Of a stretch of 64,000 nt of DNA, positions 57,592-64,000 are shown one piece after another. Below the pieces are notes generated by a model. The model was not told the origin of the DNA. It made no database searches and saw only the letters and a program-made list of their open reading frames with translations. The stretch's first letter is position 1, and each line of letters begins with the position of its first letter. The translations under genes and the position numbers were made by a program. Source of the stretch: Alphaproteobacteria bacterium (GTDB lineage: Bacteria > Pseudomonadota > Alphaproteobacteria > Rs-D84); NCBI GenBank assembly GCA_017629245.1, contig JAGBXO010000003.1, forward strand, positions 65,897 through 129,896, in the 5' to 3' direction.

Positions 57592-59106
57592 ATGAAAGAT
57601 ACGTCTAATATTTTTAAATTACCACCGAAAGAACTGGAAACAAAAAAATCTTCTTTAGATGTGTTGTGGGATGATACCGCACCAGAAATAGTAGATTTTG
57701 CAAGAAAATTACAAGGATTATTACAAAGTGTTGATACCCCATATGTCATCGGTTTGGACGGTGGATATGGTACAGGAAAAACGCATTTTGCAACCAGGTT
57801 TGCGGCACAAATGCATGAACAAATCAAAACAATATATTTTAGTGCCTGGGAAAAGGACTATGAAAAAGAGCTGATAACGGTTTTTCTAGAACAAATCGCC
57901 AATTTAATAAAGACGGACAAGAAATATATTGAAAGCAGCCAAATAAAAAACATAAAGTCTCTTCTAAAATCACTATGGGTTGCTATCGAAAGCATATCCG
58001 TAAATAGTCCTATTACAAAATTCCCCATAAGTATGACATTCAATGTTGAGCATTTTAGAAGACAATTAAATAAGTTAACTATTAAGGAAGATATGTTACA
58101 AAATGCTAAACGTGAATTAGCTAATTATATAAAGTCTTTGCCGCATGAAAAAATGGTTCTTATAGTGGATGACTTGGATAGATGTAGACCTGATACAGCG
58201 GTCAAGATCTTAGAAACGGTAAAACATTTTTTTGATATTGATGGCCTGATTGTTGTGATGCCTATAAATCAATCTAGGTTGCGACAATATATAGATGCTT
58301 TTTATGGTATTGGCGGCACGGCGGAACAAAAAGGTGTTGTTGCAGAAGATTATTTGCAAAAATTCTTTAATGACATAATAGATATTCCGAATTTAAATTA
58401 CGAGAAAATATGTGCAGACCGTATTACAGAAGAAGAGTTTAGAAGTAACTTGGTTTATGAGGGTGATAGTTACAATAATATTCAAGAATTGCGGAAATGG
58501 ATTGCCGAGTATGCAAAAAAATCGCATTTTTCCTACCGGGAAACGGTCGAACTAATAAACAGAGCAAAATTGTTTTGTAATACGTATCATGAACCTATAA
58601 GATGCAGACTGTTGGCTTATCAGTTGTGTAATCGTTTACATAAAGAAAAAAACAAAATGCGGCACGAATATAACGATATAGATTATGGTGAAGATAATGT
58701 TTATAAGGATTGTCCACAAAATACAAAGAAAAAATTATTTTCCCATCACCCTGCCTATCAGCCCCTTAGTTCAATAAACAACAGATTTGGCCACTTGGCT
58801 CGCATTAGATTACGTGCTTATGTGTCTACAGCTGGACAGATTCATGACACATATGCAGATGTGTACAAGCAGATAAAGCATTTAATTAAATTGGTGTCAG
58901 ATATTTCTGAAACGGATTTTAGGAACAAGACAGCATATAACAATTATATAAAACCAGAACTAGAGGTAGTAGTGCCCGCTCTGAAAACGCTATATAAAGA
59001 ACTGAGAGAATTTCAAAGAAAACATGGTTCTGATGATTCTGATCTAGATAGAGCAAAAGATTATGAGCTTAAGGTTTATAACCCTCATTTGTTAGGGGAC
59101 AAATAG
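57592..59106 (+). CDS. KAP-family P-loop NTPase
   Basis: VIGLDGGYGTGKTHFATRFA is the KAP-type Walker A. LIVDDLDRCRPD is the Walker B/DRC motif typical of KAP NTPases. Confidence 0.65.
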   Translation: MKDTSNIFKLPPKELETKKSSLDVLWDDTAPEIVDFARKLQGLLQSVDTPYVIGLDGGYGTGKTHFATRFAAQMHEQIKTIYFSAWEKDYEKELITVFLEQIANLIKTDKKYIESSQIKNIKSLLKSLWVAIESISVNSPITKFPISMTFNVEHFRRQLNKLTIKEDMLQNAKRELANYIKSLPHEKMVLIVDDLDRCRPDTAVKILETVKHFFDIDGLIVVMPINQSRLRQYIDAFYGIGGTAEQKGVVAEDYLQKFFNDIIDIPNLNYEKICADRITEEEFRSNLVYEGDSYNNIQELRKWIAEYAKKSHFSYRETVELINRAKLFCNTYHEPIRCRLLAYQLCNRLHKEKNKMRHEYNDIDYGEDNVYKDCPQNTKKKLFSHHPAYQPLSSINNRFGHLARIRLRAYVSTAGQIHDTYADVYKQIKHLIKLVSDISETDFRNKTAYNNYIKPELEVVVPALKTLYKELREFQRKHGSDDSDLDRAKDYELKVYNPHLLGDK

Positions 59107-59241
59107 CATTTAATTATACATCCCCCACAACATTTCAAACCGATTGGTGTATTCTTGCGCTGGGAGGGTCAGGAAGATACAGTTTTTACTGTTATATTTA
59201 TGGGCATAACAAAATTTGGCTAATAAAGACAAAAGAAATAG

Positions 59242-59658
59242 CTAGTAATTCTGTTTTTTATAATATTGAAACAGTAGTACCAATATAGCATAGCATAAAA
59301 AACAAAAAAGTAGACCACCAGACAGTATCAATGCATTTTCTAATCCATCTAGTACAGCTAGAATAATTGTTAGAAATGCAACAGCCAGTAAAGCAGTACA
59401 ATAGGATTTTATGTGGTTGTGTATTGATGATTTTATTTGGTTATAAGCATATATAAAAAAACTACATGCATGCTTGATAAGCTTAGGGATGTTTCTCAAA
59501 AAAATAGCAATTCCATTAAAAAGAAGCACAAAAACAAAAACTGCTATTGGGATTTTGATAAATACAGTAAGTAGAATATCAAGCATTGGTTTGCTCTTTA
59601 TTATTGCTGCACAAGACGACTTTTTTGATGTCGCTTGTGCAATTACTTGCACACACAT
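59242..59658 (-). CDS. Small hypothetical membrane protein (possibly shorter, starting at MLDILL)
   Basis: The ORF has 3-4 hydrophobic helices and lies between the KAP NTPase gene and hsdR. Confidence 0.3.
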   Translation of the reverse strand: MCVQVIAQATSKKSSCAAIIKSKPMLDILLTVFIKIPIAVFVFVLLFNGIAIFLRNIPKLIKHACSFFIYAYNQIKSSIHNHIKSYCTALLAVAFLTIILAVLDGLENALILSGGLLFCFLCYAILVLLFQYYKKQNY

Positions 59659-59718
59659 ATTCTACACCATTTATTGAAAAAATCAATTGATAAACAAAGC
59701 CCCATTTTGGGGCGTTGT

Positions 59719-62700
59719 TTAATCGATTTCCATCAGGTTATCAGTCCATAATTCACACTGGGTCATAACAGTCTGAATAGCATCATCTTCGCCCTCTGGT
59801 GGATATTTATGCTTGCGTAAAAGCCGCTTTATTGTCATTCGCATTGCAGCACGAGCATCATCTTTGCGTTGCCAGTCTACAGTCTTATTTTTCTGCAGCG
59901 CCTCGGTCAGTTCCTTTGTGATGGCAATAAGCTCATCGTTTTCATAGAAGTCTTTAACGGCTCGTGGTTTTGTCAGAGCATCATAGAATGCCAATTCCTC
60001 AGGACTCAAACCAAGATCCTCACCTTCCTGCTGTGCCGTTGTAATTTGTTTAGCCAGGTTCATCAATTCAGCGATAACTTCTTCATTGGTTAGCATGCCA
60101 TTCAGGTACTTATTCATAACTGTTTGAATGATTTCGCTAAATTTTTCTGATTTTACAATATTGGTTCTGCGATATACCTTAATTTGCTCCGCAATCAGTT
60201 TTTTCAGCAATTCAACGGCGATATTGCGTTCCTTCATCTTGGAAATTTCATCCAAGAATTTTGGGTCAAATAAAGAGAAACCGTCTGACACATTCGTAGA
60301 GAAAAGGTTTATCACCCCATCGCTTTTAATGCTCTGTTTTAGCATTTCATTGATTTTCTCATTCAATTCCTTTAATGACATTTTCTTGCCACCAGAACCA
60401 GCAAACATCATGCGCTGAATCAATACACGTATTGTTTCAAAGAATGCTGCTTCAAAGCGCATGTCTTTTTGGACCATAGAAGAACATAATGATAGAGCTT
60501 GGTTCAACATTAAAGCTTCCTTGCGGAATGACTCCTTGGTGTCATTGCGTGACGGTTCCAGCAAGAAATTCAAACCACCACTAATTGTTGTGGCTTTTTC
60601 AAGCGGAGTGCCTGTAAAGAACAACTGATAATCGTAACCATGCATCAGTGAACGGCAAACATCTAATTTTTCCAAAAACTTTGGATATGCTACTTTACCA
60701 ATGTCGGGGTCGCCAAATTTCTTCTTATCACGGGTTGTATAGTCGTTCATCGCCTGTTTAAGAGCAGCCGCAATACCGATATAGTCGACCACCAAACCAC
60801 CTTCCTTGTCCTTAAATACGCGATTAACACGTGCGATAGCCTGCATCAGATTATGGCCTGACATTGGTTTATATACATACATGGTCGCCAATGACGGAAC
60901 ATCAAATCCAGTTAGCCACATGTCAACCACAATAGCGATTTTTAACGGACTGTTATTATCCTTGAACTTGGTGGCCAGTTCTTCACGATGAGCCTTGTTG
61001 CCGATGATTTTGCGCCATTCTTCAGGATCCTTGTTTTCATCTGTCATGACAACTGCGACTTTATCAGTCCAAGTCGGACGTAATTCCATGATACGATTAT
61101 ATATTTTCATAGCAATTGGACGAGAATAAGCCACAATCATAGCCTTGCCAGTGAGCAAATCAGCACGGTTATTTTCATAGTGAGCAAGAATATCTGTTAC
61201 AAGGGAATCAATAGTGTTGTCATTACCCAAAACGGCTTCCATTTGACCAATTTGTTTCTTGCTCTGTTCCAAGACTGCAGGATCAACGGCATCAGCTAAG
61301 GCGTCATACTGTTCGTCAATTTCTTTGATGACTTTTTCGTCTAATTTTAGTTTCACAACCCGACTTTCATAATATACAGGACGAGTCGCACCATCTTCAA
61401 CAGCCTGTGTCATATCATAAACATCAATATAATTACCAAAGACCTCACGTGTGTTACGATCCTTGATAGAAACAGGTGTGCCAGTAAAGCCAATATAGGT
61501 AGCATTAGGTAGGTTGTTACGGATAATACGGGCTGCCCCTACAACTCGCTTTGTGATATCATTACCATCGGCATCCTTGGTCATTTTGATTTTTTCAGTT
61601 AAGCCATACTGACCACGATGTGCTTCATCAGCCATTACAATAATATTGGTCCGTTCTGACAGTGGCTCATCTGATTCCTCGAACTTTTGCATGGTTGTGA
61701 AGATAATACCATTGGCAACACGGCCGTCTAACCAATCTTTTAAGCCTTTTCTGCTAGTGGCTTGGACAGGTTCCTGGCGCAAGAAGTCCTTACACTTGGC
61801 GAATTGTCCGTATAATTGATCGTCCAGGTCGTTTCGATCAGTAATAACGACAACAGTTGGGCTTGTCAGGGCAGATTGCAATAACTTGGCATAAAATACC
61901 ATTGAAAGTGATTTGCCACTTCCCTGGGTGTGCCAAAAGACCCCGGCCTTACCATCATTGCCGACAGCGTTTTCTGTCGATGTGATCGCCTTGCGAACAG
62001 CAAAATACTGATGGTATCCAGCAAGGATCTTAACATCTTGCTTACTTTCCTTAGAGAAACAAATAAAATTCTTTAAGATATCCAGAAAACGTGTTTGCTC
62101 AAACATGCCGATAAAGAATGTATCAAACTGAGCAGCCTTTGTATTTTCGTAAGAGCCATCAGTAGTCTTCCACTCCATGTAACGGTCTTCGCCAGCGGTG
62201 ATAGTACCTGCCTTAGAGGTCAATTGGTCACTCATGACACAGAAAGCATTATAAATGAACATTGATGGAATTTCCTGCATATAATTACGCAGCTGACGAT
62301 ATGCCTCGGAAACCTCCGTTTCTTCTCTAGAGGGTGATTTTAACTCCATTAAGACAACCGGAATACCATTAAGGAACACTATCAGATCAGGTCTTTTTTC
62401 GCTATTTTCAATAAATGTCCACTGATTAGCGATAATGAAAGAGTTGTTTCCTAGATCAGAGTAGTCAACAATGCGAACCAATTCAGTCCTGGATTCGCCA
62501 TTTTCAACGAATGGAACTTCAATACCATTCTGAAGATAATTAGTAAATGCCTCGTTGCGCTGGATCAGGTCGCCATTATCAAAGTATTTGATCTTGTTAA
62601 AAGCCCCCTCAAGAATCTTTTCAGAGGTAAACGGATTGAGTCTCTTAAGTTGGGATTTAAGAATATCTTCATACAATGGACTGGTGTAGTCACGGACAAC

Positions 62701-62790
62701 ATCAGGACCATAAACATGCTGATATCCCAGTTGTTGGAACAGTTCTATAATAGATACTTCATAACTATTTTCGTTAAATATAGTGCTCAT
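59719..62790 (-). CDS. hsdR: Type I restriction enzyme R subunit
   Basis: The 1023 aa product has the Walker A motif FWHTQGSGKS and the DEAH box IVMADEAHRGQ. The N-terminal nuclease and C-terminal helical regions are typical of HsdR. Confidence 0.9.
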   Translation of the reverse strand: MSTIFNENSYEVSIIELFQQLGYQHVYGPDVVRDYTSPLYEDILKSQLKRLNPFTSEKILEGAFNKIKYFDNGDLIQRNEAFTNYLQNGIEVPFVENGESRTELVRIVDYSDLGNNSFIIANQWTFIENSEKRPDLIVFLNGIPVVLMELKSPSREETEVSEAYRQLRNYMQEIPSMFIYNAFCVMSDQLTSKAGTITAGEDRYMEWKTTDGSYENTKAAQFDTFFIGMFEQTRFLDILKNFICFSKESKQDVKILAGYHQYFAVRKAITSTENAVGNDGKAGVFWHTQGSGKSLSMVFYAKLLQSALTSPTVVVITDRNDLDDQLYGQFAKCKDFLRQEPVQATSRKGLKDWLDGRVANGIIFTTMQKFEESDEPLSERTNIIVMADEAHRGQYGLTEKIKMTKDADGNDITKRVVGAARIIRNNLPNATYIGFTGTPVSIKDRNTREVFGNYIDVYDMTQAVEDGATRPVYYESRVVKLKLDEKVIKEIDEQYDALADAVDPAVLEQSKKQIGQMEAVLGNDNTIDSLVTDILAHYENNRADLLTGKAMIVAYSRPIAMKIYNRIMELRPTWTDKVAVVMTDENKDPEEWRKIIGNKAHREELATKFKDNNSPLKIAIVVDMWLTGFDVPSLATMYVYKPMSGHNLMQAIARVNRVFKDKEGGLVVDYIGIAAALKQAMNDYTTRDKKKFGDPDIGKVAYPKFLEKLDVCRSLMHGYDYQLFFTGTPLEKATTISGGLNFLLEPSRNDTKESFRKEALMLNQALSLCSSMVQKDMRFEAAFFETIRVLIQRMMFAGSGGKKMSLKELNEKINEMLKQSIKSDGVINLFSTNVSDGFSLFDPKFLDEISKMKERNIAVELLKKLIAEQIKVYRRTNIVKSEKFSEIIQTVMNKYLNGMLTNEEVIAELMNLAKQITTAQQEGEDLGLSPEELAFYDALTKPRAVKDFYENDELIAITKELTEALQKNKTVDWQRKDDARAAMRMTIKRLLRKHKYPPEGEDDAIQTVMTQCELWTDNLMEID

Positions 62791-62903
62791 CTGTTTTCTC
62801 GTTTTTACTTTTTTTTCTTAAAATGTTTGACAAGCTATTTTTATTATGTCATCATAATATCAGAGGTTCGGCTGAGGGGTTGCTAATGGTGGCTCCAACT
62901 GCA

Positions 62904-63788
62904 TTACCTCTTTTTTCTTGTCTGATACGGGCTCTTATGCAGCTTTATGCTCTCTAATACTTTTCGCTGTCCCTTTATGGTCTTATAGCCTTTATATTGC
63001 AGGCGTGCAATTTTGTTTTCATACCGTTCTTGTATTTCTGAACGTGCGGGCGCATGCATACCCTGAGATCTTCTGTACCCTGTATTTATGATATAAATAC
63101 AAACATCTGCTACCTGTATCAAATAATTTATATCTGATTCTATAAATAAAGGCTCAGGAACAATCCAATTGGCGTGTTGTTGTCCTGAAATAGTTTTCGA
63201 AAAATAGTTCGTTAGCTGTCTTTTAAACTTTTTATCGTATTCTTTTTCACATTGATCCATTATCAATAGACCGTCTTCTCGCTGTCTTGCCAAGAAATTT
63301 GCGAAAATTTCCATCAAAAACACATGGTCTTTACGTAGATAATCATCAAATTCAAAATTTAGAGGTTTCTTAACACCTTTTTCGATTAGGCATGCAAAGA
63401 CTTTCGCCTTGTATTTTTTTAGCAGACCAAGAATAGTGTCTGCCATCTCTAATGATGCTTGACCAAATGCGGTAAAGTCTTGTCTGGTGGGACTTCTTTT
63501 TTCTAGGCATGCGGTTAAAAAACGCCTACACCCCTTTTGGCGATCTTCTTTGGAGAGCTTTTTATCCTGAGCGGCCCATTTAAAGCGCTCTTTTTCCAAC
63601 AGTTTAGATCCTTTAATTTCTGTTTTAAATTCTGATAACCTACAGCCAAAAATTTTTTCTTCTGAACATTGAATATCTTTTAGAAAGTTGAAAACATTAA
63701 CAGAAGCAATAGAGATCCCACCACGAACTTCGTAATTCATGTTTTTATGGTCATGTCCACTTTCATCCATAAACAATAAATAACTCAT
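62904..63788 (-). CDS. DUF3800-like protein inserted between hsdS and hsdR
   Basis: The N-terminus is MSYLLFMDESGHD, the (Y/F)xDESG start characteristic of DUF3800. The product is 294 aa. Confidence 0.45.
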   Translation of the reverse strand: MSYLLFMDESGHDHKNMNYEVRGGISIASVNVFNFLKDIQCSEEKIFGCRLSEFKTEIKGSKLLEKERFKWAAQDKKLSKEDRQKGCRRFLTACLEKRSPTRQDFTAFGQASLEMADTILGLLKKYKAKVFACLIEKGVKKPLNFEFDDYLRKDHVFLMEIFANFLARQREDGLLIMDQCEKEYDKKFKRQLTNYFSKTISGQQHANWIVPEPLFIESDINYLIQVADVCIYIINTGYRRSQGMHAPARSEIQERYENKIARLQYKGYKTIKGQRKVLESIKLHKSPYQTRKKR

Positions 63789-63853
63789 TTTTGCTCCTTT
63801 TTAGGCCTATTATATTTGATGATGCAGCTAAATCAAAGAAAATAACCCCATTT

Positions 63854-64000
63854 TTACTCCGTTTCTTCGCTAAACAATAATTTATCTAAGTAACTTGGGT
63901 CAGAAATATCGACCTTTGACACGTCAATTTCGCCACTCATCAGCTTAGGCAATAACGCATCACGGATCGCCGCCAGGTGTGATGATTCTACCGTGTTTCT
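63854..64000 (-). CDS. hsdS: Type I R-M specificity subunit, C-terminal end (gene continues beyond the window)
   Basis: The minus-strand translation ends ...AAIRDALLPKLMSGEIDVSKV...*. LLPKLMSGEI is the conserved HsdS C-terminal repeat motif. Confidence 0.55.
   Translation of the reverse strand, partial: RNTVESSHLAAIRDALLPKLMSGEIDVSKVDISDPSYLDKLLFSEETE

Overview
This 64 kb window looks like a low-GC alphaproteobacterial chromosome. Alphaproteobacterial markers are a GapR/DUF2312 nucleoid protein, an olsB-olsA ornithine-lipid operon, a short eukaryote-like ProRS and an IHF alpha-like protein. The left part is a rearranged ribosomal/core region. It carries the rplL 3' end, rpoB, rpoC, then rpmF-plsX (not rpsL-rpsG-fusA), rpsA, adk, an RNHCP gene, gapR, pyk and an orphan mraZ. 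The middle part is accessory-looking. It holds a PLD-family lipoprotein and two tandem paralogous secreted Cys-rich proteins with GC-rich Arg/Ala/Ser low-complexity N-termini. It also holds tRNA-Arg(CCU), an ihfA-like gene, an M13 peptidase, hemW, an OMP, mltB, a four-gene glycosyltransferase cluster, olsBA, proS, ldh, sodB and cvpA. The right 20 kb reads as a mosaic of island-like segments. It contains an HNH-domain protein with hypothetical neighbours, LysR and CI-like HTH regulators, and a Pmp-like GGAI-repeat autotransporter. Three att-like junctions follow, each sharing a 17 bp core identical to a tRNA 3' end. Next come a 45 nt tRNA-Thr(UGU) 3'-half fragment and a P4-type tyrosine integrase. 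The window ends with a KAP P-loop NTPase and a type I R-M locus (hsdS partial, a DUF3800-like insert, hsdR). Many genes end in near-identical ACCGCCC-N4-GGGCGGT hairpin terminators. No rRNA, CRISPR array or complete transposon was seen. All domain assignments come from reading motifs in the translations by eye. None has been checked against a database.
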